Below are positions 48,820 to 56,844 of a stretch of 64,000 nucleotides of DNA, piece after piece. Within the stretch, counting starts at the first letter, position 1; the number at the start of each line of letters is the position of its first letter. The stretch spans positions 672,001 to 736,000 of the forward strand of contig OZ251997.1 of NCBI GenBank assembly GCA_965247095.1, written 5' to 3'. The position numbers and the translations under genes were made by a program. The notes below the pieces were generated by a model. It did no database searches, was not told the origin of the DNA, and saw only the letters and a list, made by a program, of their open reading frames with translations. The DNA comes from Candidatus Multivorans sp. GTDB lineage: Bacteria; Acidobacteriota; Thermoanaerobaculia; Multivoradales; Multivoraceae.

Positions 48820-49389
48820 CTAACTCTTGGCGCGGGAAACGTACTCCCCGGTGCGGGTGTCCACCCGGATCGACTCGCCGTTCTGAATGAACAGCGGGAC
48901 CTTGACTGTGGCCCCGGTTTCCAGCTTGGCGGGCTTGTTGCCACCGCTCGAGGTGTCGCCCTTGAGGCCGGGGTCCGTCTCGACGATTTTCCGGACCACG
49001 AAGTTCGGGGGCTTGACCTGGATCGGGAGGCCGTTCCAGAGCGTCACGTTGCAGACATCCTCTTCCTTGATCCACTGTTCGGCGCCCGCAAGAACCTGGT
49101 CGTCGGCTTCGACCTGTTCGTAGGTGTCGGGGTTCATGAAGAACCAGTGTTCGCCGTCGCTGTAGAGGTACTGCATCGACGTGTCGACGACATCGGCGCC
49201 CGCGAGCAGATCGCCGGGCTTGAGGGTCTTCTCGTTGACCCGTCCGCTCAGCAGGTTGCGCATCTTGACGCGGGTGAACGCCTGCCCCTTGCCGGGCTTG
49301 ATGAAGTCGCAGGCGATGATCGCGTTCGGGTCACCGCTCTCGATCACCTTCAGTCCGGTCCGGACCTGGTTCATGTTGTAGGTGGCCAT
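48820..49389 (-). CDS. efp: Translation elongation factor P
   Basis: [30 protein letters not shown] and [15 protein letters not shown] upstream. Confidence 0.96.
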   Translation of the reverse strand: MATYNMNQVRTGLKVIESGDPNAIIACDFIKPGKGQAFTRVKMRNLLSGRVNEKTLKPGDLLAGADVVDTSMQYLYSDGEHWFFMNPDTYEQVEADDQVLAGAEQWIKEEDVCNVTLWNGLPIQVKPPNFVVRKIVETDPGLKGDTSSGGNKPAKLETGATVKVPLFIQNGESIRVDTRTGEYVSRAKS

Positions 49390-49555
49390 GATCTGGGACC
49401 GCCCTCCTCGGCAACGGATCGACGAGGGGGACGATAGCAGTCTGCCGAGGCGCCGGAGGGCGTTCGGTGAAACCCTGCCTTCTCGTTTGCGTTGTGTAGC
49501 GGTGAAGGGCGCGTCGGGCGCCTCCACTCTCAGTCCCGGAAACAAGGAGAGACCG

Positions 49556-50767
49556 ATGACCAACCGATCCTCGAGAACCGCACCGGACTCCGCGGGTCGC
49601 GTCGCTGCCTGGAGGCAGCGGCGACCGTCAGGGCGCCCGGGCATCGGTGCGCTTTGCGCGATCGCGTTCCTGACCGTCCCGGCGTTTGGTGAGTTCGACG
49701 AGAGTTACCGTTTCGACGCCGACTCTCTCTCGGTTTCCAGTCTGGTTGGCAAGGTGGAAATCAGGCAGGCGGCTGGGGATGAGTTTGAGGTGGAGGTGTC
49801 GGTCCGCGGCAGAGACGGCACGCGTGAGAACATCAGACTCGACCAGGACACGCGTGGCTCGCGGGCTCAGCTGGCCGTCGAGTTCCCGGTCGACGAGGAG
49901 AGGCGGTACGTCTACCCCGAGTTCAGCCGTCGTTCGTCGAACCTGTGGTCGCGCCGGCAGAGCGGCTCCGACAGTCTGCTGGGCGAGATCCTGCGCTCCG
50001 TATCGGGCCGCCGCATCCGGATCGAGCGGACGGGCAGCGGCCTGGAAGCGTGGGCCGATGTGACGATTCGCGTGCCGGAGGGCCGGGCGTTGAAGGTCGA
50101 GTTGGGAGCGGGCGACATCGATGTGTCCGACGTCGCTGCTGATCTGGACTTGAACACCAGAGCCGGCATGGCCGAAGCGGCCGGCCTCGTCGGCGACGTG
50201 GAGATCGGCGTCGGCAGTGGCGGGCTGGCGGTGCAGGACGTTCGCGGCCGGCTGGTCATGGACACCGGTAGCGGCAAGGCCCGTCTTGACCGCTTCGAGG
50301 GCGACACGCTCTCGATCGACACCGGCAGCGGTTCGGTGGCGGTCACCGAGGTGTCGGCGAAGACGATCGACATCGACACCGGCAGTGGTGGCGTGACGGT
50401 CGACGGTGTGGAAGCCAAGTCGCTCTCGATCGACACCGGCAGCGGCAACGTCCGGATCGAGTCGGCGGGCGCCGACGCCGCGGTCATCGATACGGGCAGC
50501 GGCAGCGTTCACCTGGCTCTGGAGCGGATGGGCGACGGCGACTTCGAGATCGACACCGGTTCGGGCGGCATCGTCATGCTGGTTCCCGACGACCTCTCGG
50601 CCCGGTTCGACATCGACATCGGCAGTGGCGGCATCGACGTCGACGTGCCGATCGCCAAGACGTTGCACAAGAGCCGGGGCGAGATGCGTTTCGTCGTCGG
50701 CGACGGCGCCGCGACCGTGGTCCTCGACACCGGCTCCGGCAGCGTGCGTGTCGCTAGCGTGCACTAG
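49556..50767 (+). CDS. DUF4097 family beta-strand repeat exported protein
   Basis: AAGGAG RBS, signal peptide and about ten (I/L/M)DTGSG-type repeats at ~19-aa spacing. Confidence 0.87.
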   Translation: MTNRSSRTAPDSAGRVAAWRQRRPSGRPGIGALCAIAFLTVPAFGEFDESYRFDADSLSVSSLVGKVEIRQAAGDEFEVEVSVRGRDGTRENIRLDQDTRGSRAQLAVEFPVDEERRYVYPEFSRRSSNLWSRRQSGSDSLLGEILRSVSGRRIRIERTGSGLEAWADVTIRVPEGRALKVELGAGDIDVSDVAADLDLNTRAGMAEAAGLVGDVEIGVGSGGLAVQDVRGRLVMDTGSGKARLDRFEGDTLSIDTGSGSVAVTEVSAKTIDIDTGSGGVTVDGVEAKSLSIDTGSGNVRIESAGADAAVIDTGSGSVHLALERMGDGDFEIDTGSGGIVMLVPDDLSARFDIDIGSGGIDVDVPIAKTLHKSRGEMRFVVGDGAATVVLDTGSGSVRVASVH

Positions 50768-50785
50768 TGGGCCGTACCCGGTCCA

Positions 50786-51277
50786 CTAGTCGCCGTTCAG
50801 GCCACTGACCCCCGCCATTACGCAGACGATCCGCCACTCCCGGGCGGTGACCGGCTGAACCGACAGGCGTTGTCCCCGGCGCAGCAGGGCCATCCCTTCG
50901 AGGTCGGGACGCTGGCGCAGTTCGGCCAGGGTCACAGGCTCGTCGAACTTGCGCTCGAACTCGATGTCGACGAGGTACCAGCGGGGATTCTCCGGGTCCG
51001 ACTTCGGGTCGTAGTGCGGATCGTCCGGATCGAACTGGGTCGGGTCCGGATACGACTCGCTGCACACGCGCGCCAGACCGGCCACGGCCGTCGGCTTGGC
51101 GTTCGAGTGGTAGTAGAGAACGCCGTCGCCGATCTTCATCCGATCGCGCATCAGGTTGCGGGCCTGGTAGTTGCGCACGCCGTCCCAGTAGGTCGTGCCG
51201 TCCCGTTCGAGGTCCTCGATGGAGTACGCGCCCGGCTCGCTTTTCATCAGCCAGTACTGGCGTGGCTCTTCGGTCAT
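50786..51277 (-). CDS. EVE domain protein
   Basis: YWLMKSEP, WDGVRNYQARN, YYHSN, YYDPKS-like HYDPKS and RLSVQPV. AGGAG RBS. Confidence 0.93.
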   Translation of the reverse strand: MTEEPRQYWLMKSEPGAYSIEDLERDGTTYWDGVRNYQARNLMRDRMKIGDGVLYYHSNAKPTAVAGLARVCSESYPDPTQFDPDDPHYDPKSDPENPRWYLVDIEFERKFDEPVTLAELRQRPDLEGMALLRRGQRLSVQPVTAREWRIVCVMAGVSGLNGD

Positions 51278-51357
51278 GGGGGTCTCCTGGTCGTGGGCGT
51301 GAGCCCGTATTCTGCACCGCTGCGGTCGGATGGTCGGATACCATCGCGGACAGTCAT

Positions 51358-51567
51358 GGACGTGACGTTCGGGATCGGATAGCGCACCTGTTTCGGATCC
51401 GGGAGTCTCTCCATTTGCTCTTCCGGGACCTGGAAGTCGAGAACGAATGGCTGCGAGAGCCTCACGACCTTCTTGAAGGCAGGTCGCCGATGTCGTTGAT
51501 GGTGGGCGGCTCAATGGAAGATCTGCTTCTGGTCAAAGAGTACGTGGACGAAGTTGCCGGGACGTAG
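51358..51567 (+). pseudogene. 5'-truncated Xre/MbcA/ParS antitoxin C-terminal domain remnant
   Basis: RDRIAHLFRIRESLHLLF...NEWLREPHDLLEGRSPMSLMVGG..EDLLLVKEYVD matches the toxin-binding domain pattern. No HTH, credible start or RES toxin seen. Confidence 0.65.
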
Positions 51568-51847
51568 AACGACCCGGCTTCGGGCGACGTGAAATTTCGA
51601 TGAGGGCGCTCCCCGTTCCGGACTTGGCCAGTGTCGACCCTGACGACGGCGGTGCGGCGACGGAGGCCGGATCTCCGGCGCCCCGTTCGATCTGGAACTC
51701 GACCAGTTTCGCGGTTCCGGTCTGCTGAGTGAGCTAGAGCAGGAGTTGCAGCAGGAGAGCCCCGTTGACACCGAGGAGAAAGCCGGGGCGCTGCTGCGGC
51801 TTCTGCATTTGACGGTGGGGGACGCGCCCCGGTCACCATGCCGCCGG

Positions 51848-52759
51848 CTACAGGATCCTGCGGCCGAAGAGAGAGCTCAGCAGGCCGAGGGCGAGCTGCG
51901 CGGTCTGGTTCCGGGTGTCGAGGATCGGGTTCACTTCGACCACGTCGACGGAACCGATGCCCCCGTTCTCGGCGATCAGCTCCATCAACAGGTGGCCCTC
52001 GCGGTAGCTCAGGCCGCCGGGCACCTGGGTGCCGACGCCCGGGGCTTCCCGGGGATCGATCGAGTCCATGTCCAGACTGACGTGGATCCGGTCCACATGG
52101 CGGAGCTGTTCGAGAGCCTCGGTGGCGAGCGTCGCCAGGCCCCGCTCGTCGATCTGGCGCATGGTGTAGGTCGTGATGCCGGCGTGCTGGATCAGGGCCA
52201 GCTCGCCGGGATCGAGGTCGCGGACGCCGAACAGGATGACGTCCTCCGGCCGGAGCTTGGCGCCGGGGCGACCGGCATCGACCAACTCCGGCGCGCCGTA
52301 CCCGCACAGGGCGGCCAGGGGCATGCCGTGCAGGTTGCCGGTGGGCGAGGTGTCGGGGGTGTTGAAGTCGCCGTGGGCGTCGATCCAGAGGACGCCGGTA
52401 CGGTGCTCGTGCGAGACGCCGCCGACCGTGCCGACGGCGATCGAGTGGTCGCCGCCGAGGACGAGCGGCACGGCGCCGTCGGCCACCGCCTGCCGACTGG
52501 CCTCGTAGATGCGCTCGCAGGCGTCGACGACCGGCTGCAGGAAGGCCATTCCGGGCTCGGGCGACAGGGTGTCCCGCTCGACCGTTTCGATGTTGCCCCG
52601 GTCCTCGACCTGGTAGCCGAGCCGCGTCAGGGCGGACTTGAGACCCGCGTAGCGGAGCGCGGTGGGTCCCAGGTCGACTCCGCGACGCGACTGTCCCAGG
52701 TCGAGCGGTGCGCCGACGATGCGGATCGTTGTCTGGGTGGCTGCGGCCGGGGTCGGCAT
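51848..52759 (-). CDS. rocF: Arginase
   Basis: DLGQSRRGVDLGP, GGDHS, DAHGDFNT, SPTGNLHGMP, DMDSID and EVNP. Confidence 0.94.
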   Translation of the reverse strand: MPTPAAATQTTIRIVGAPLDLGQSRRGVDLGPTALRYAGLKSALTRLGYQVEDRGNIETVERDTLSPEPGMAFLQPVVDACERIYEASRQAVADGAVPLVLGGDHSIAVGTVGGVSHEHRTGVLWIDAHGDFNTPDTSPTGNLHGMPLAALCGYGAPELVDAGRPGAKLRPEDVILFGVRDLDPGELALIQHAGITTYTMRQIDERGLATLATEALEQLRHVDRIHVSLDMDSIDPREAPGVGTQVPGGLSYREGHLLMELIAENGGIGSVDVVEVNPILDTRNQTAQLALGLLSSLFGRRIL

Positions 52760-52773
52760 GGTGTGACGGTAGC

Positions 52774-52841
52774 AACCCGGGCGGCGCGTTTCGCGCCGGC
52801 CGCGACCCAGCCCGTGCGCCCGTCATCGGGCGCACGGATGG
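52774..52841 (-). repeat. 68-nt two-hairpin dispersed repeat, copy B
   Basis: Reverse complement aligns without gaps to 7937-8004 with 10 mismatches, including two compensatory pairs. Confidence 0.85.
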
Positions 52842-52996
52842 AACCGAGCGCGCCGCCCCGATTCCGGCCGGGCGCAACGCCCCGAAACGCCTCGCAAGCT
52901 CGGAGTTTCGGCCCATCCCGTCCTCCCCATGACCTTCCGCCGCGGGACTTGCCTTGCTGCGTCCTGCGGCGCAAGCTCATAGGATGCGGAGCGCGC

Positions 52997-54787
52997 ATGT
53001 CTGTCCGTAACTTCTGCATCATCGCTCACGTCGACCACGGCAAGTCGACGCTCGCCGACCGGCTGATCCAGCACTGCGGCGCGGTGGAGGATCGCCACTT
53101 CCGGGACCAGATCCTGGACTCGATGGACATCGAACGCGAGCGGGGGATCACGATCAAGAGCAACACGGTGACCCTGCGGCATCAGGACGCCGAGGGCCGG
53201 TTCTGCCGCCTGAACCTGATCGACACGCCGGGCCATGTCGACTTCTCGCACGAGGTGCGGCGGTCGCTCATGTCCTGCGAAGGGGCGCTGCTGCTGATCG
53301 ACGCCTCCCAGGGCGTCGAGGCGCAGACGGTCGCCAATCTCTACCTGGCGCTCGAGTACGACCTCACGATCATCCCCGTGATCAACAAGATCGACCTTCC
53401 CTCAGCGGATATCGACCGGGTGCTGGAGGAGATCGAGAGCGACCTGGGCCTGGACCCGTTCGAGGCGGTGCTGTGCTCGGCCAAGACCGGCGAGGGTGTG
53501 GACAGGGTCCTGGACGCGATCACGGCCCGGTTGCCGCCGCCGTCGGGCGCCCTGGAAGCCCCGCTCAAGGCACTGGTGTTCGACGCCCAGTACGACCCGT
53601 ACCGCGGCGTCGTGCTGCTGGTGCGGGTGCGCGACGGCCGGCTGCGGCCGAAGCAGAAAGTGCGCCTGATGCACACGGGCAGCGAACACGACGTCGAAGA
53701 GGTGGGGACCCTGCTGCTCAAGCGGCGGCAGAGCGAGGAGCTCGAGGCAGGGGCGGTGGGCTACGTGATCGCCGGGATCCGGAACATCTCGGAAGTCGAC
53801 ATCGGCGACACGATCACGACCGCGGCCAACGGCGCCGCCGAACCGATCCCCGGGTATCGCGAGGCGAAGCCGGTGGTCTTCTCATCGATGTACCCGGTAT
53901 CGAGCAACAACTACGAGGACCTGACTCACGCGCTTGAGAAGCTGGCTCTGAACGATGCCGCGCTGACCTACGACAAGGACGCATCTTCGGCCCTCGGCTT
54001 CGGCTTCCGCTGTGGCTTTCTGGGCCTGCTGCACCTGGACGTCGTGCAGGAGCGCCTGGAGCGCGAGTATGGGCTGTCCCTGGTGCTGTCGGCGCCTTCT
54101 GTGCAGTACCTGGTGGAGATGTCGGACGGTTCGACGCGACGGATCGACAATCCGTCGGCGTATCCGGACCCATCGGAGATCGCGAGCGTGGCCGAGCCGT
54201 TCATCAAGGCCTCGATCATGCTGCCGGAGCGCTACCTCGGGGCGGTCATGGAGCTCTGCCTGGAGCGCCGCGGCGGCAAGACGAACATCCATTACCTGGC
54301 AGTGGGACGGGTCGAACTGACCTGCGAGCTGCCGCTCGCCGAAGTGCTCTTCGACTTCTACGACCGCTTGAAGACCGTGACCCAGGGGTACGGTTCGTTC
54401 GACTACGAACTCATCGAGTCACGGGTAGCCGACCTGGTCAAGGTCGATATCCTCGTCAACGGCGAGCGGGTCGACGCCCTGTCCCAACTTGTGCACCGGG
54501 ACAAGGCGCGTCGGCGGGCCTTGCGCTACTGCGAGCGCCTCAAGGACACCATTCCGCGCCAGCAGTTCAAGATCGCGATCCAGGGCGCCATCGGCGGCCA
54601 GATCATCGCCCGCGCCACGATCACGGCATACCGCAAGGACGTCACCGCCAAGTGCTACGGCGGCGACATCACCCGCAAGCGGAAGCTGCTCGAGAAGCAG
54701 CGCGAGGGCAAGAAGCGCATGAAGCGCGTCGGCTCCGTCGACATCCCCCAGGAAGCGTTCGTCTCGGTGCTGCGCAGCGACAACTAG
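52997..54787 (+). CDS. lepA: Translation elongation factor 4
   Basis: RNFCIIAHVDHGKSTLAD, ERERGITIK, DTPGH, NKID, GFRCGFLGLLH and KCYGGDITRK. Confidence 0.97.
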   Translation: MSVRNFCIIAHVDHGKSTLADRLIQHCGAVEDRHFRDQILDSMDIERERGITIKSNTVTLRHQDAEGRFCRLNLIDTPGHVDFSHEVRRSLMSCEGALLLIDASQGVEAQTVANLYLALEYDLTIIPVINKIDLPSADIDRVLEEIESDLGLDPFEAVLCSAKTGEGVDRVLDAITARLPPPSGALEAPLKALVFDAQYDPYRGVVLLVRVRDGRLRPKQKVRLMHTGSEHDVEEVGTLLLKRRQSEELEAGAVGYVIAGIRNISEVDIGDTITTAANGAAEPIPGYREAKPVVFSSMYPVSSNNYEDLTHALEKLALNDAALTYDKDASSALGFGFRCGFLGLLHLDVVQERLEREYGLSLVLSAPSVQYLVEMSDGSTRRIDNPSAYPDPSEIASVAEPFIKASIMLPERYLGAVMELCLERRGGKTNIHYLAVGRVELTCELPLAEVLFDFYDRLKTVTQGYGSFDYELIESRVADLVKVDILVNGERVDALSQLVHRDKARRRALRYCERLKDTIPRQQFKIAIQGAIGGQIIARATITAYRKDVTAKCYGGDITRKRKLLEKQREGKKRMKRVGSVDIPQEAFVSVLRSDN

Positions 54788-54832
54788 CGGGGGCGGCGCG
54801 GACGGCGTGCCAGTCCTGAACTCGCGGCGCTG

Positions 54833-56758
54833 TTAGTCCGCGTTGTACCAGATGGGGGAGGACCAGGCGCGTTCCTGGAGGGTCGGCGAGATGTCCTGGC
54901 GCGGCTCGACGCCGGCGCGCAGAGCGTCCCAGGTCGACCAGCGGCAGGTGGGGTTCTCGAGTGCGCGGACGTAGTAGAAGGCGCGCTCGGAGGCGTCGAA
55001 GTCGGGGTCGGTCCAGACCGCCTTCAGTTCGTCGGCGCCGGCGTCGGCGCTGATGTCGCACGTCGCGAGGTCGACCATTGCACCGTTGTCGGGGCAGCGG
55101 TTGGTGGCCGGGTCCACCTCGTTGCCGTCAGAGCAGGCGACGTCGTAGACGACCTCGGCGCCTTCGCCGTCCCGCGAGGATCCCTTGATCACCTGCAGTC
55201 GCTGCAGCGGCGCCCCCATCGAATCGCGCATGGCGATGACAGCGAACGTCGGCGCCGGGCCGGCATCGGTGACCAGCAGGTCGCCGCCCATGGGCACTCC
55301 CTCGGCGTAGGCCTTGGTCAGGAACTCGGCGTCGTCCAGGTCGCCGTCTGCGAAGTCGCCGGCGAAGAAGCGGATCTTGATGCGCGGGCCGGAGGTGGCG
55401 AAGGTCTCCTTGCGCCGCATCGCGTCGAAGATCGCCGCGCGGGTGTTCTCCTCGGCCCACACGCCGGCAAGGCCGGAGGCGCCCCAAGTGTAGTAGTAGG
55501 TGTCGCGGAAGGTGCGGCCCGAGCCGTCGCCGGTGCGCATCGACGCGTCCGACTGCTGGGTCGCATCGCCCAGCGTCTGGTTCGCGCCGGTGCCGGGAAC
55601 GGAGCCGCGAAGCTGGGGCTCGGCGTCCAGGATCCCGACCTTGGACCAGTAGTTGTCCTCCTCGAACGAGCCGGCGGAGACGTGCGTGTCGCTGGCGCCG
55701 ATGAGGCCGAACTTGTATGGGTTCATCAGGCCGTCGTCGGCGAGCCGGAGCCCCCGGATCAGGGCGTCGCGGACGTAGCTGCCCGGTGGGTCGCTGATGA
55801 TCGTGGTGGCGATCTTGTACGGCATGATCTCGAAGTCGGCCCATTCGTCGTTGGGCGACAGCGCCGGATGGGTGTCCGAGGTGCCCTTGACCTGGGTCAT
55901 CTCGACGATCGGTTCGTTGCGCATCCGGACGTCGGAGTATTCGTCGTCGAAGGGATCGCCGTAGAACTTCTCCATCTCGAACATGCGGCCGCCGGAGCCG
56001 TTCGAGTTGTGTGGAATGGCGAGAGCCTCGATCCCCTGGTCCCGCCAACCGTCCATCGCGGCCCAGAGGTCCTCGGGGTTCTGCGAATCGAGCCGGCTGA
56101 ACGGAGCGTCCGGGTGCTCGGAACCGCGGAAGATCACGTTGCGGTGCAGGTTGTCCCGTTCGTAGCCCGACGACGTGAATTCGTAGCCGATGAAGGCGGT
56201 GAAGTTGCCCGGGTCGTTGTGCGCTTCGGCGGCCTCGACGATCTTCGACCAGGCGCCGCGCACGACTTCCATGTTCAGATGTTCCTCGGTGCCCGGGTCG
56301 CCGCGCAGGTAGGGGCCCATGCCGACGAAGATGCCGCGGCGCTCGTCGGCCTCCTCGGCCACGCGCAGGTCGGCGGCGATCGGGTGCCCGTAGACCGGGG
56401 AATCCTCCTCGGTCATCGCCGGCAGCATCCCCAGGTACATGCCGTGGTCGGCGACGGCCTGGAAGTCGAGCGGCCGGTCGAGCTGCATGTCGAAGCCGGC
56501 CGGATGCTTGATCGTTCCGCCCTTGGCGAACTCGTAGGCGTCGTTCGGGTCCGTGGTGGTGCCGAAGATGAAGGCGTCGAAGGAGTAGCGGGTGTGGACA
56601 TGGAGGTCGCCGAAGTAGGCGTTCCGGGTCGGGTTCGGCCCGTCGGACGTACCGGCTGTCGCCGCCTCGTCGCCGCCGGCATCGTCGCTCGGGCTGCAGG
56701 CGCCAAGCAGGAAGGCGGCAAACGCCGTTATTGCCGCGGCCATCGTCAGCTTCTTCAT
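54833..56758 (-). CDS. DUF3604 (PHP-like metallohydrolase) lipoprotein
   Basis: Lipobox LGAC, YFGDLHVHT.YSFDA, NLHRNVIF, AIPHNSN, GASDTH and QERAWSSPIWY. Confidence 0.9.
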   Translation of the reverse strand: MKKLTMAAAITAFAAFLLGACSPSDDAGGDEAATAGTSDGPNPTRNAYFGDLHVHTRYSFDAFIFGTTTDPNDAYEFAKGGTIKHPAGFDMQLDRPLDFQAVADHGMYLGMLPAMTEEDSPVYGHPIAADLRVAEEADERRGIFVGMGPYLRGDPGTEEHLNMEVVRGAWSKIVEAAEAHNDPGNFTAFIGYEFTSSGYERDNLHRNVIFRGSEHPDAPFSRLDSQNPEDLWAAMDGWRDQGIEALAIPHNSNGSGGRMFEMEKFYGDPFDDEYSDVRMRNEPIVEMTQVKGTSDTHPALSPNDEWADFEIMPYKIATTIISDPPGSYVRDALIRGLRLADDGLMNPYKFGLIGASDTHVSAGSFEEDNYWSKVGILDAEPQLRGSVPGTGANQTLGDATQQSDASMRTGDGSGRTFRDTYYYTWGASGLAGVWAEENTRAAIFDAMRRKETFATSGPRIKIRFFAGDFADGDLDDAEFLTKAYAEGVPMGGDLLVTDAGPAPTFAVIAMRDSMGAPLQRLQVIKGSSRDGEGAEVVYDVACSDGNEVDPATNRCPDNGAMVDLATCDISADAGADELKAVWTDPDFDASERAFYYVRALENPTCRWSTWDALRAGVEPRQDISPTLQERAWSSPIWYNAD

Positions 56759-56844
56759 CGGGGTCTCCTCAAGAGCGGTGTTGTGACAGTCTACAATCGT
56801 TGTTTGAGTTTTCCAGGTTGCGGATCGCGAAGGGAGGTCTCGTT

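Noticed and set aside
50200-50745. Regularly spaced ATCGACACCGGCAGCGG repeats resembling a CRISPR array
   Set aside because: They are in-frame coding repeats (IDTGSG) of the DUF4097 protein, degenerate at third codon positions, and no cas genes are present.
51670-51835. Segment reading ELDQFRGSGLLSELEQ..TEEKAGALLRLLHL, faintly like Fic/Doc 'EEKAAxLL'
   Set aside because: There is no HPFxDGNKR motif and no credible start or stop. The similarity is too weak to call.
51746-52996. Apparent 417-aa N-terminal extension of LepA in the ORF track
   Set aside because: It is the antisense frame of rocF. LepA homology starts at ATG 52997.
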